From the NCBI GenBank assembly GCA_051362555.1, contig CM120641.1:9052001-9116000 (forward strand): a stretch of DNA of 64,000 nt. The letters are read 5' to 3'. Both the position numbers and the translations under genes were made by a program. This document shows positions 1 through 12,992 of this stretch, piece after piece. The stretch's first letter is position 1; every line of letters begins with the position of its first letter. This stretch comes from Lingula anatina (lineage: Eukaryota; Animalia; Brachiopoda). The notes under the pieces were generated by a model. It was given only the letters and a program-made list of their open reading frames with translations, was not told where the DNA came from and did not search any database.

Positions 1-1149
1 CGAGCTTCTCCACAGACCCGCATTCTCTGCCCGCAACAACCTGTAGTAAGTTGCACGCTTGTGTTGGATTACACTGAGAAACTAGGTCGGAGGGCAGAGG
101 TAAGAGGTCATGCAGCAAGTCACGTGTTTCACTGTTACAACCCAGCCGCAGTGTGCTCATCATTCCAGCTGCGAGCTTTGAGGACACTCGTCTAATTTTT
201 TAAAACCCTAAACCCAGGGGATGATAGGATCAATGTTTCTTAAGTCTTAATTTTTAATCTAAATTAAATGGACTGTTCAAATGTCTTTATATATAATTAT
301 CGCCCCTCGCCCACTCGAGTTTTACGCGTCGTGAAATAATGAAATAAATAGCGGTTGAGTCTATTTGTTCGTTTAACGTGACGCCTTCACATATATATGA
401 CGTGGTTTTTTGAGTAGTGTATCTAGATGGACTGGGAAAAACTATTTTCCTTATAATAAACATATACTTATCGCTATGAAAGAGCAAAAATTTTGTGGAC
501 GAAGGCAAGTACACAAATTGTGTGAAGACAAACTGAAGTCTTAAAACTGAAGCAAAATAATTGAAAATAAATTATAAACAAAATGAAGTTGGTAAATCCT
601 TTTCATTTAAATTTATTTTCAAACCATTATGAACTGACAAATAATTACCTCCTTTGATAAAACAGAAACACATGAGCAAATGTATTAAAACATTTTACTG
701 CACAGCAAAAAGCATTCTCTTGCAGTAATGTCTGACTGAACAGTTAAAACTCCTTAGTTTTCAATTTTAATAGATAATATTATATACATAATATGTAACC
801 CATGCAGTAACAAATGACAGGCTGGAAAGATAATATATAATATCTAGATTTTTTTTTTTTTGAGATTTCATGAAAATTTTACTTCAATGCCTGCCAGATT
901 TAATATTGTAATTTCTTTCACACTAACTCCACAGTTTCAAACAACATACATGTAATATCTGAATAAAAATCATAGCAGACAATAGTAGATGGTTATGTTA
1001 ACAAAATGAACTTATTCTTTTATGAAACCCTGTCAGGATCAAGGTATTCATATCACAAGAGCACAATATGTTTAATATTTATTAATAAGAATGAACTTTA
1101 ATCTGTGTATCCTTTTTATTTTCATGTAATAGACTTCATTTTTTTCTTT

Positions 1150-4100
1150 TTAAGTTACAGTCTTCATAAGCTGTTGGCGTCTGTACTCCCATATCAGCAA
1201 TGCCCCACTGACATGGACATTGAGACTTCTGATAACTCCCTGCTGTGGAATCTCCACACATACATCTAACATCTGTATGAGATCTACTGGAATGCCTCTT
1301 CTTTCATTGCTGTAATTAATAAATAGATATGTCTAAAATTTTAATCATTTAAATAAATTAATGTGCCAATCATCCAGTTTTACGTACATTACACACAAGT
1401 GTTTCCTTTGCCTTTTTCTCAATGTTAAATGCATTCATCAGCAAACTAATTTATTTGTAACTCTCAAGTTATTTTTTCAACTGTCTGTCTGTTTTATTTA
1501 AATCAAGAGGAAAGTTAATGCAGGCATCGACAAAGACAAGTGGCATAAAACAACCTATATACATTTTAATAGTATTATTGTCCTTTTTAAGTTAGTAAAA
1601 AAGGAATTATTTTTTGTTGACAAAACTGGGTTTCACTAAGGATGAGTCAAAATGACCAGCTCAAACACATAATTACTTTGGATAAGAGTTACAATACAAC
1701 CATCAAAATACACCACTTACCCAAGGAGTAGGAGTGTTTTTGTAGGAAATTCATATTCTGTCAGACTGACACTGTTTGCCGTTTGCTCAACACCAACCAA
1801 TGTGTATCCCTCACTCTGCATCTCCGTCAAGTATGTTTGTAATTTATGAGGTGGAACCTGGAGTAAAAGACATTGAGATACGATGTCTAGAATTTTTTTA
1901 AAATAACAAAAAGTAGAGAAAAAGACATCAGTAAAGAAAGAATTTGAAATACAACTTTTAGACAATAAAATTTTAAATAAGAAAGTACTTGTAAAATTTT
2001 TTTAATTTTTGCAAAAGTTTTCATCTGTAAATCTTTGCTGCAATTGCACAAAATACCAATGCAAATGAGTGTAATTTATACCTCTTTTATAGGTATCCAT
2101 TTCTCAGCAGAGACACACAAACTCTGGAAATTTTTGTCTTCGACATACTTAATGTTACCAATAACATATTCAGACACCCTGAAAATTTCACTAGTTCTGC
2201 ATAAACCTGAAAACAGACAAAACCAAAAAATTAAAACCTCTTTTACAATTTATGTAAAATACACATTTTTTGCCTTAAACTATGCTAATAATGCTTACCA
2301 TAAAATATGAAATACAATGAATTACAAATCATCAAGTGTAAACTGCAAGTGCATTCACTATTTATTTTTCAGGGCTGTAAAATGTCATCGCAAAACAGAA
2401 TTTTACACAGTTTTGCAGATCAATTTTACTGATGATAACGTACAATTTATCACATTCTGCAAAAATATGCAAACTGATACTTTCACAGATAAGTGACCAT
2501 GCAATGTCCGGACATACCTCCTAGATTGGGTGGCCTGTCTATGAGTGAGGTGACCAAGATAAGCTGTCCAGGGCTGTGCAGTGTCCTCCCTATATCTTCC
2601 TCCATCTCCTCACTGGGTAACATTTCCTTCCATGGAATCACTTTCTTTTGTACATCCCCTTCACTGATCTCCTCGGATTCTTCTCCCTCTGGAATTAATT
2701 AAGCCAAATACTGAATGTTAAATTATAATTATTTTAATAGTGTCTAGGAATACACCTTACCATTGTTAACAGTTCCAGCTGTCTCCTCGCTAGTCACTCA
2801 GCACTTAGGGGTTGAGTCAGGGTTAATGTATCTCGACTTGCAGTGAAAGATATTATTTGTATGCTAACTTTCCATGCCTCATACGACAGCTGGGCTGTAT
2901 CCTCCCCTGGGAGGTGAGAATATCCACAGCCAGTCTAAATCAGGGCTAAGGAATATGTCAGGCATATTATCATCTATTGTAAACCACAGTGAGATAGTGA
3001 AGTATATAAGAACCTGACTTAACTCTTTTTTTTTTACTTTAAATGTTTACTGTTTATACTTCATGAAAACATATTTAGCTTTGCCATGTCAATTTTTTTC
3101 ATGAAAAGTAAAATAAGCAAAGCACTGTTTATCTTTTTTTAATGTCCAACCCACAATGGTCATCTCTTTATATTGCTGCCCAGTAAACAATGAAGTGTCT
3201 GCTAAAGTATTTGTAGAACAGATAAATTATCCCCCTTTGCAATTGTAATAAAAATATCAAATGATTTACCTCTTCTTTTAATTCTCCACGTGCCTGGTTG
3301 ACAGTTTTTCAAGTCACCTCGCAAGTTATGTACAGGAAGGACACCTTCCCCAACCCAACTCAAACTTTTGTTTAAGAAATCCTTGGGCAATATCCATTCT
3401 TCTGCTATGATACCACTTAACATTGGTATAGTGTGGTAGATTGTCTGCAACAAACACATAATCACCAAGAGAATATGTTATTTACACCTAGGAATGGTAA
3501 AACTGGTTATACAGACGTCTGTTATAATAACAAGACTTCACAGTTATTCGAACACATTTTCATAACATATTGGAAAGTGAACACAATCATGGCATGATAA
3601 ATTTAAAAAAATTAATGCAGAAAAAAATCAATTTTATAAAGAAAGGGGTTTTGTGCCTATCTAACTGATAAATTAAAACAAAATGCATAAAAGAGGGATT
3701 ATCTGAAAGTTTTATAGCATTCATACATTCAAACATGTAGCAAGGCAATCACAAAGCTACATACACATGCATTTTTGCACAAACCTCCAAACTGTAGTCC
3801 TGTATAGGATGAAACTTGTGAAGAAACCAAAAATCTTCCAGCAGTTTGTGTGTATTTTTACTTGCTCCACTGCAATGAAAATAACCCAATCCATATAAAA
3901 TACTGTAGGCAAATGAGGCATATTATAAACACAAGACAAAGTTTTCTTAAAAAATCCTAAATAAGGGACTGAGCTTCCATTTTTGTATAACCAAATGACA
4001 ATTTCAAATACAATATTTATCCTTAAGCTCTCTACATTGATTTATTAACGAAAAATTACCTGCTTTTCAAGCTAAACTCCACACATTTCTCCAGCCATGA

Positions 4101-7100
4101 GTATTTTTCAAGCATTTCAACAAATTGCTGTTCCTTACAGGTTCTCCATGTCTTGTTGACTGCTGCATGAGCATGGATACGGATATTGAAGTGGTGAGCC
4201 ATGCACCACGGAACAAAGTTAGGGATAGCTTCAGCAAAATATGCCACCTAAAAAGTATCAGTTCTGTTTCTCACTTTTCCCCAGCAATATAAGAATACAT
4301 AACTACAAGTAGCATCCACAAAAATAACATGTAGGAAAACAGTACATTTTGAATTTTAAAGAACATGGTCCTATTGAAATGAGTGTGTTGTAATTTCAAT
4401 GTAAAACAAAAAGAGAATAATCAAATATTACAAGTTGAAAAAATATTATCTTTACTAGAGACAACTCCATTCATACCTGCTGATCCTGTGGCAAGATAAA
4501 CCCAAGATGGGCAAGAACACTAATCAAGGAGCAAACAATGGCGGGTCTTTTCTCAGTTGCCTGAAACAAATCAGACGATAACGGAGTGATTTAAGTGCAT
4601 AAGACTTGCAGAAATCAAAAACACAGATAGTATATATGTTGTTGACTGCTGCAAGAACGTGTATCCAGATGATTGGGTGTTGAGTCATACACCAAGGAAG
4701 AAAAGATGGACTTACTAAAAATATAATAATAAACCATATTTCAAAATATAAACTCACCTTGCTAAGTTGCTCCCAAAGTCCCTGCCTCAGATGCGGGAAT
4801 CTAAATGACAGTTTGATAATCATCCACTCTGTCAGATATCTCACTGACGGCTGGGTCTCTGACCCCAAGCATTCAGTTGATAGTGTCTGGAACATGTCAG
4901 TAGCTTCTTCCTAAAAATAGGAAAATTTCTTTTATGATTTCATCCTTCTGAACAACTCTCACAAGGGTAAAGTAAAGTATAAGTATAGAACCACAAGGAT
5001 TTTGCTTTACACTGAAAATATTTGAAATGTAATTTATGCAATGTTATAAAATTATGTCAACAAAATCCTACATGAAAAAAAATAAATAAATTATGGATTA
5101 TTCTGTGTGTACCCTCAGAAATGAACCATGTGATATTATACTGAAATAACCATCTTGGTCTATTCATTACCCTGTTCAGCATTGGTTCAAGCACTAACAA
5201 TGCCCCCATAAGTCTATAGCGCTCTCGATGTTGTAAAGAGTTGGGGAAACTTCTTTTGGCTTCAATTTTTACAAGTTCCATATGCTTTTCCTGTAAAGCC
5301 TGGATGAAGGCAACATTAAACTGGTGATGGTCTGGATTAGCTGGATCCAAGTGACTCAGCAGGTTTATTATGTGGACCCGCACCATGTTATCTTCCTTAC
5401 AACTCCTTCATGAAACAATATTATAGAAATTTGCATAAACTAGCTCTTATTTTAAGATCCTACCACACAGAACAAATATGACCAAAATGGCAAAAACAAA
5501 CAATATAATAAATAAAAAGTTTTGACAGACGTTTATTTCAAATAAATGTTAAAACTATTCCAAATTCACTGATATATGAACTAATTTTCCCTTTTATCAA
5601 ATAAAACCAAATTTCCCACCTATCAATAAGTTGGTTTACTGCAACTTCTTCTCCAAGAGATTCCACATAGGAGCAAATGTCACCATATATTCTGAAATAT
5701 TTAACAATAATACACTATCTTAATTAGCACCAAACAATGTGGCAATCTGGTTTACCTAAATTGCATAAACATTTCCACACATGGCCTACAATAAACCATC
5801 ATTCTTCAAAAAGTAATCAGGCTCTCTAAACCTCTCTTTAATTATACATTCAGGATTCTTCAATATTTTGTAAAATCATTATTAAAATAATAACCAACAA
5901 TGACCAAAGCAAGACTTACTTCTGGTTTTTCTTATATATGGGGCCAAATAAGCAGGCAGATATCAGTACATCCAGATGCTGCACGGCATACTTTATGTTG
6001 TTATCAGTGGAAAGAAACCTACTTAAGTTTGTAATTATTGGATTTACAATGCCATTCTTTGTGTCACCCTTGGTAAACATGCTATCAATGAGCTGAAATA
6101 TAGACATATATATATAAATATACATGAAAAAAATCCAAAAGGTTTTTCTTAAAAAGAAAAACAAAACATTCACAAAAAATAAATAGTTCTCCATCATTAT
6201 AAATAATAGCATTAATTTAATTTAAATCTAAATACCTAAATTCAGAAAATCTATATACTTAGATTAGCTTCCCTGAATAATTCTTGCAATTCAATTTGAA
6301 TAGATGAAAAAATCACATCCCCCCCCCTAATAAATAAAAAAAAAAATTCAAAATTCTCAACAGACATTCCGACAAAGCATCAGAGTAAGGCTACATCACA
6401 AAGAAAAGAGCTATGCATTACTGAACCTTTTTCAATGCCTCCATTATAGCAGATTTCATTTGGCATCTTAACAATGCAGGCTGGAAAGCCAGGTTTGAAA
6501 ATTCTTGTAATATTTCCCAGTACAAGGCAGTCTTTGTCTCCTCCTCAGTTTTGGTCCATAATAAAGAAAGAGTGCTAGCTACTAGGACCTCGTCTTCTTC
6601 AATGACCTGGAGAAAAGTTGTCATTTAAATTAAAACTAAATTAAATTAAAACGTGATTACTTACGTGATATCTTACTATGAATAAAAAAGACTAATATAA
6701 GCATTTATTAATTTTGACATTGCTTCTCAAAAGAAAGGTATTTTACCATGGGAATGATGAGGTGTGCACACTGTATTGCAGGGATAAGGAATTCTCTTGA
6801 CAAAACACTGACAGCTTGAAAACATTTCTCCAGGAGTTCTCTGTATGTGTATCCACAGGTTGCCAATCTAAATTGCAAGGACATCTTCACACATTTTATT
6901 TCAGCAACAAGAAACTTGCTAATAAAGGACCCCCTGTCTGAGGTGGAAATCCTGCAAATGAAACAAAATGCATTGTAGAAGTAGTATTTCTTTGAATAAT
7001 AAGTCATTATTTTCATCCTAATAGCGTATATTTCACTACATATAAAAACCTTGTAACGAAAAAAAAGGAAGGTGACACTTTTCCCCACGTTTTTACAAGT

Positions 7101-10100
7101 TCAATGGCACTTACTCGGAATCATCTGTATCACTTGGTCTTTCCAATATTGTTTTCACTATATTTTTCATGGTTTCCAGGAACAAGCTAATCATCTGTCG
7201 TAGGATTTCATCATGACTCAAGTTGCATGTCAACAACACCTCTCCCAAAATGGAAACAGTCTCCATAGCAACTATCTGATGTACCAAGCATGTCATTCTT
7301 TCCTGTAAAAGATACAGATACTTTCCTTAAGCCTGTAAAGCTGGATTTCACCATGAGTATTCAGAGCACAAAATTATTTTATTTCTTACTGATAGTAAAG
7401 GATGATAAGTATGCTATGCTAAAACATGTTCATGACATGTTATACAAAGGATATCTTACCTGACAGTCTTAAATAATAATCACAAACACAAGAACAGACT
7501 TCTTAATTCCTAAACAACTCATTTATTTGCATTTTCTAGAAATTACTGTTATTTCTACCCTACCTTTTCTACACTGCCCTTCATCATGTTCATTCCCCAT
7601 TGGAGAAGATCCTGGATAATTATGTGCTCAGGCTGCTGTTTGTGTCTACAACCACCGCCTAAGAACCAGTAAAGAGATTTCAGCAACATATCCAAATGTT
7701 CCAACTGAGCAGGCTGAAATTAATAAAGTGAGACTGAAAAGGATTCATCTTTGAAGTGTTTTGAAAGAAATACTTGAGATCCATTTACATAATTCCTATA
7801 ATTTTTGAAAGAGAGCCTCTCTCATTTTATTGAATCATACCAGGACAAAGCTGAATATTTGCTTATTAATATGATAATATGCAATTTAAATAAATCATAA
7901 AAAACAGCTTTATATTCTAACATCTAATAGTCCAAAGTATTAACAATAATCTATTATGTTTTACTTACACTGCACAGGGTGCTCTCAATAGTCCGTTTTA
8001 CAAACAGTACAGTATCTGGCAAACAAATCTCAACTAACTGGTGGATATAAAAGTGGAGTTCATCTGTAGATTCTGAAAGAAAAATTGTCTTGAAATGTAA
8101 AATTTGACATCTGAATAGTGAGCATTCCAGTATCTTATATCAATAAGTATATTGCAAAAGTACATGTATAAGTTCACAAGTTAATTTTTTTATTTCATAT
8201 ATATTCATATATCTTCAATGTCTTAATAAGAAAAAATTGGACCATTGTTCCAACATGTAACTTTGGATTCATATTTTTTTTGTAAGGTAATAAGAAGTAA
8301 TAACCTGATTCTGTCTCTGTCAACAATATAGTCAGTATCTTCAAAGCCTGCTGTGCCTCACTAGTGGACATGTATGCTCTTGAGTTGACAGATTGCAGGG
8401 TTTTAACTACTGGGTGGAGCAAAGTTTCCATGGTGATGGTTTCATCTTGTGATTTCAGTTTTACAACACCAGCATCCATCGACAACAGGAGAACTCTGAC
8501 CAATTTCTGAACTTTGTGATCATCTAAAATATTTGTATTAAGAATAAAATAGATCATTTAAGAAATGAAAGAACTGGGAAAAATGATATCATTTTTTCTT
8601 ACCAATATTATTTGCTCTAAGATACTACAATGCCAACAAGAGGATTAACATTATAATTATCATTAAATCCTACAGCCTTAAAATTAACAAAACAAATACA
8701 ATAAATTTCTTTTTTTCAAAGCTAATGTAGAAACCTTTTTGAGCTTTTAAAAGCAGGATCTCCCTCATAGAACTGGCCAAATACTTTGCTACACTTTTTG
8801 GATTCCACAAACTGGCTTCTTTTTTTCCACAAGTCTCTCTCAGCCAGGTTACACAGCGGACATATAAAAATGTTCCACGTCTAAAACAGCCGTCTCTTGT
8901 CAAGACTGCCAAAACTGATGCTACATCTTCTGGAGGTACATCTTCCTAAATAATCCAAATATAATCACTACATGTAGCAACACTATCAACATTAGATACA
9001 AGAATATAAATAACAGCGTTATTTTCCTCCAACAGTCACATACAATATGAAAAGTAGATTTTAACATGCTTTAAAAATTATGATGTAAACAAAATGTCCC
9101 CAAATAAACAGATGTAAACATTAAAAAAATAATAATAACATGGATGTAAATCAAGTCTCACAACATCACTTTGAAAGCTATGTATAATTAATCACAAATT
9201 TGTTCATTATGATTACCATATATGCAGGTATCAAACCAAATATGCAAAATCATTTTGATTAGTTCATAGTTACCAGGTTAGAATGCTTCAATACAGACAT
9301 CACCAGCAAACAAATAGTAGCCTCTCTAATGTATGGCTCTGAAGTCCGTAGCAAGGTGGTCATGCTTTCTCTGTGGAGTGTGACACACAAAAGCAATTTC
9401 TTAATTAGTTTATGAGGACATTGTCACATGCAAACTTAACACCAGAATTCCAATTAAGCTTGATTTAACACATGGATAATACAGAACAATTGTACTTAAA
9501 TTCAAAATTAAATCTCCTGTAAAAACTTAAGTTGATTACATTACATCATGCATAAATCAGAAAGGTTTCTGTTGGAGATACTGCAAAACATCATTGCCTG
9601 ACTATATTGAAAACATAAGATGGGTCAAATAATTTACTTTTATGTCTGATATATGCAAATACAATATATACACACCATTTGTGCAGAAAATTTCTTACAC
9701 ATTTCTTTTTTTTTGTGCACCAAATGTCAAACATTCATGTGCACATACATGCAAAGCTTTATACACATATATGCCTCTGAAATATATAACAAAAGAACTA
9801 TAATAATTACCTCAATAATTCTAAGGATTTTCTTTTCCACATGGGTGAAGCAGGCAGACTAGACAGGGCTTGTGCAATGCACAGCAATGGCGGAGAGGAC
9901 CAGTACTGACTCACCATAATGTGCAGCAAACTATGGAAAAAATTGGCTGAAAAAAGGTCAAAACAAATTTACTTGTGCTTACTAAGCAACTCACCACCAC
10001 CCCTTATTTACAGGATTTTTTAAAATTTGGTTACATAGCATTTTATTGTAAGTTCTTAAAATAATTATTATAAAACTATATGCAAAAAAAATTCAAAACA

Positions 10101-12390
10101 CCATTGGCGATTTTACGCTTCTGGTAGTTAGATTCATTCTTTAAATGTCCAAAAATGGATTCTGAATAACACAATAAGCCTAACAAGACAAGTGGTATCA
10201 TGGATAAAACATTACCTCTTCTATTTTCTTGAAGAGCATCAAAACAGCACTGAAGAAATTTCAACAATCTGTCTGCTATGAAGGGTGGACTACCGGCAGG
10301 AGAATCCTGTACCCTGATATCAACAATGATCAAAAGATTTATATCTCAAAATATTGTTATTCCTGTCAACATTTTAAATGTTGTACAGGTTGTGATGGTT
10401 CTTATATTTCATTACTACTGTATACAATCAGTTAAACATGGTTTTACTGGTTGCACATCTTTTGGTTAATTCATACAAACAAAGAGGATGAATATTTCCT
10501 ATTAAAAAAGTAAAGAAATCTCATGTGGACAATCATGCATTCATGGTGTTATTTTTATTATAAACTGAGTGACAATGTGATATTCTATCCCTCAAAAACA
10601 GGCTTTGGCATCTTTACCTCATGTACAGTCCAGGTTCCTTCAACATTACAACCAGAGGTCCCAGTATAGATTGTACTTCATTCTGCTCCAGTAGGGGACA
10701 CTGCTTCAGGTCCAACTCCAACAGGACGCTCATGCCCCATTTCTTCACATATGTGCTATCATGCTTTTGAATTTTAGTAAACAAAACCCAAAGCCATGAA
10801 GTGTGAAGTAGTGATGGGCCTACAACATAATAAATCTAATCTTATATTCTACATAAAATTGTTCATGTAATTCAAATCAACTTTTAAAATCTGCATCTAA
10901 ATAAAAATGCACACATGTTAAAGATGGTATCTCCATTATTGTGAGAAGAAACATAACCATATGGTAAAAATATATTTTCAAATTAAAGAAAAAGTGTAAT
11001 TTGAGTGCAAACCTTCTTTCCTAGACCATGTAGCTTTAATGAGATTATTTATTCTTGGCATCAGAGGATTCAGCACATGCACCTGAAACATGAATAAAAT
11101 TAATGTATTAAAATATAGATAATAATAATAATTATTTATAACAAGAATGTTACAATTTTTTTACTTTTGCTCCACATTTGATATACAAATTACATCTTAA
11201 TTTTTTTGCACTCCTTCTCCTAATACACCTTCACAAATATTTAATAAAAGATTATATTGATGTCACAGTGAAAACCTCACCTGCTTCTCATCTAGTGTTT
11301 CCAGCAGCAAAATCAAATCATTCCACATAACATCAGTTTCTTTCTCAGTCTCAGGACTCCAAAAGAACACTGCACCACTGACTTCATGATCTGTCTCAAT
11401 ACCTTTTCTACCATGTTTTGTAACATCCAGAGCCCTCTTCAACAGATACATGGATCTCTTTCGAGTTAAAGTATCATTGCTAATCAGCCCTGTTTGTATG
11501 CAAGCCCAAAATTTACAGTTCTTTCTTACATCTGAAGTTACTGTAGTGGTATGATTGGGTAATATAAAGTCAGCCAATGCACATAATATCAGATATGCCT
11601 TCCCATAGTTGCTGCCAGAATCATCATTTGATCCTTCAGAGTTGAAAGCAAGTGCTAGGTCATATAACTGGTTTACTTTGTGGAAGGTCCTATTAGGATC
11701 AAGACTCAATATTTTCATAATAAGAGATCCCACAATCTTGGCAGTGGTATTTATATTGGTATCTCTCACCATATCCATTAATATGCTGAAAGCCTCATCT
11801 AGCTCTGTTTCAGATAACAAAGCAAAGTGACTAGAATCAGTATCCAAAATATGTGACTGAGCACCTAGTATGTAATTGAGAACTTCTAAGGCACAGGATT
11901 CAGAGAACTTCACAAGTTTTGGCTCACTCATTGAATGCTTACAACCCAATTCACTTCTACCACTCTTCAGTGAAGACTTACAAATAGCAATTAACTCACT
12001 GGCCAGTTTTTCCATCAGCTGATTGTTAGGACCCACTGTTTTTTGATGGCCAATGAAAGTAGTTACGAGGAGCTCACAAACAGCATGAATAAGTTTTCTA
12101 TCCTCTTTGTTTTCATCAAACATTCGAAGAATTGGAAAACATACTTGTTCTATGATTGAGGCTAGGTTCAAATCATTACATGATTCTTGCTCAGAGGCCT
12201 TTTTCACCATTGAAGTTAAAGCTTTAACATGATTCAGGAGGGTAGTGTTGCTTTGAAAGCTTATATCAAGGAGTGGCAAGATATCCTTTATCAGTGACAA
12301 CACAAGATCATTCATTTGAATACTCCCGACTACAGCATTTGGTTGTGCACTTAGCACTTTTGTCACAACTAATTCAGATACAGGATCCAT
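1150..12390 (-). CDS. TARBP1: TARBP1/Trm3 tRNA (guanosine-18-2'-O)-methyltransferase, about 25 exons
   Basis: C-terminal SpoU domain read across exons: [15 protein letters not shown]|[28 protein letters not shown]|[42 protein letters not shown], then TAA at 1150-1152. Large first coding exon 12390-11281 (MDPVSEL...LLETLDEKQ) followed by [14 protein letters not shown], as in TARBP1. GT-AG introns throughout. Confidence 0.92.
2770..3025 (+). mobile_element. Degenerate SINE-like fragment (MetaSINE-like core, L2-like tail)
   Basis: Motifs CTCCTCGCTAGTCACTCAGCACTTAGGG, GGCTGTATCCTCCCCTGGGAGGTGAGA and TGTAAACCAC..GAG..TATATAAGAA followed by a T tract resemble invertebrate SINE body and tail sequence. 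Recognised from memory only. Confidence 0.4.
4630..4720 (-). pseudogene. Diverged intronic duplicate of part of a TARBP1 exon
   Basis: Translates [26 protein letters not shown] versus [27 protein letters not shown] in the true exon at 4247-4060. Lies inside intron 4561-4757. Confidence 0.75.
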
Positions 12391-12616
12391 TTCAATGGTT
12401 TGTAGGATCGTTACCAGTCGCCTCACTCTGGTTACTCCACCGATCTCTCAATCTTAAAAGAATAAATGTAAAATAGTGGCAGTTAATGTTACTCATTTTC
12501 CATACAGTTATTACGATTGCATTAAAAATAGTAAATCATTTAGAAAAAAAAACAAGTCGAACATGTTTAGTCTGTGCAAAACCATCCGTACTTAATAATA
12601 AGTAATAAAGACTTAC

Positions 12617-12992
12617 AAGTTAGTAACTACTGGCCCACAGGTTACTGCAACCATGGAAGTATAGGCCAGTTATACTCCCTGCTGCAACTGTACGCATCAA
12701 AACAACTCCACACGGAACCCACGTGTACTAGTGACAACCACACCGCAAGTGTAATACCAAAAGAGCGTTCATTACGTTAAATAATGTATTTAATGAACAC
12801 CGTTAATTCTGAATCATTTCCGATGATAATAAAAGAGATAAAACTGCATTCATCTTGGATACAAATGGATCACTGTTTGAAAATCATTTTAAATCTATAT
12901 TTGTATATTTGCATATTTTTACTTTTACACGTGTTAATTTTTCGTGTGCTAACTCTCTAATAATTAAAGACTGGAAAGAGCACTTACAAAAA
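12617..12992. promoter_or_regulatory. Probable bidirectional promoter of TARBP1/FCF1
   Basis: Minus-strand donor GTAAGT at 12611-12616 implies a TARBP1 5'UTR exon. FCF1 ATG is at 12993. GGAA (ETS-like) motifs and a CACGTG E-box near 12720. Confidence 0.55.

Noticed and set aside
12391-12426. ORF-track start MRRLVTILQTIE for TARBP1
   Set aside because: It begins at a GTG; the first in-frame ATG is at 12390.
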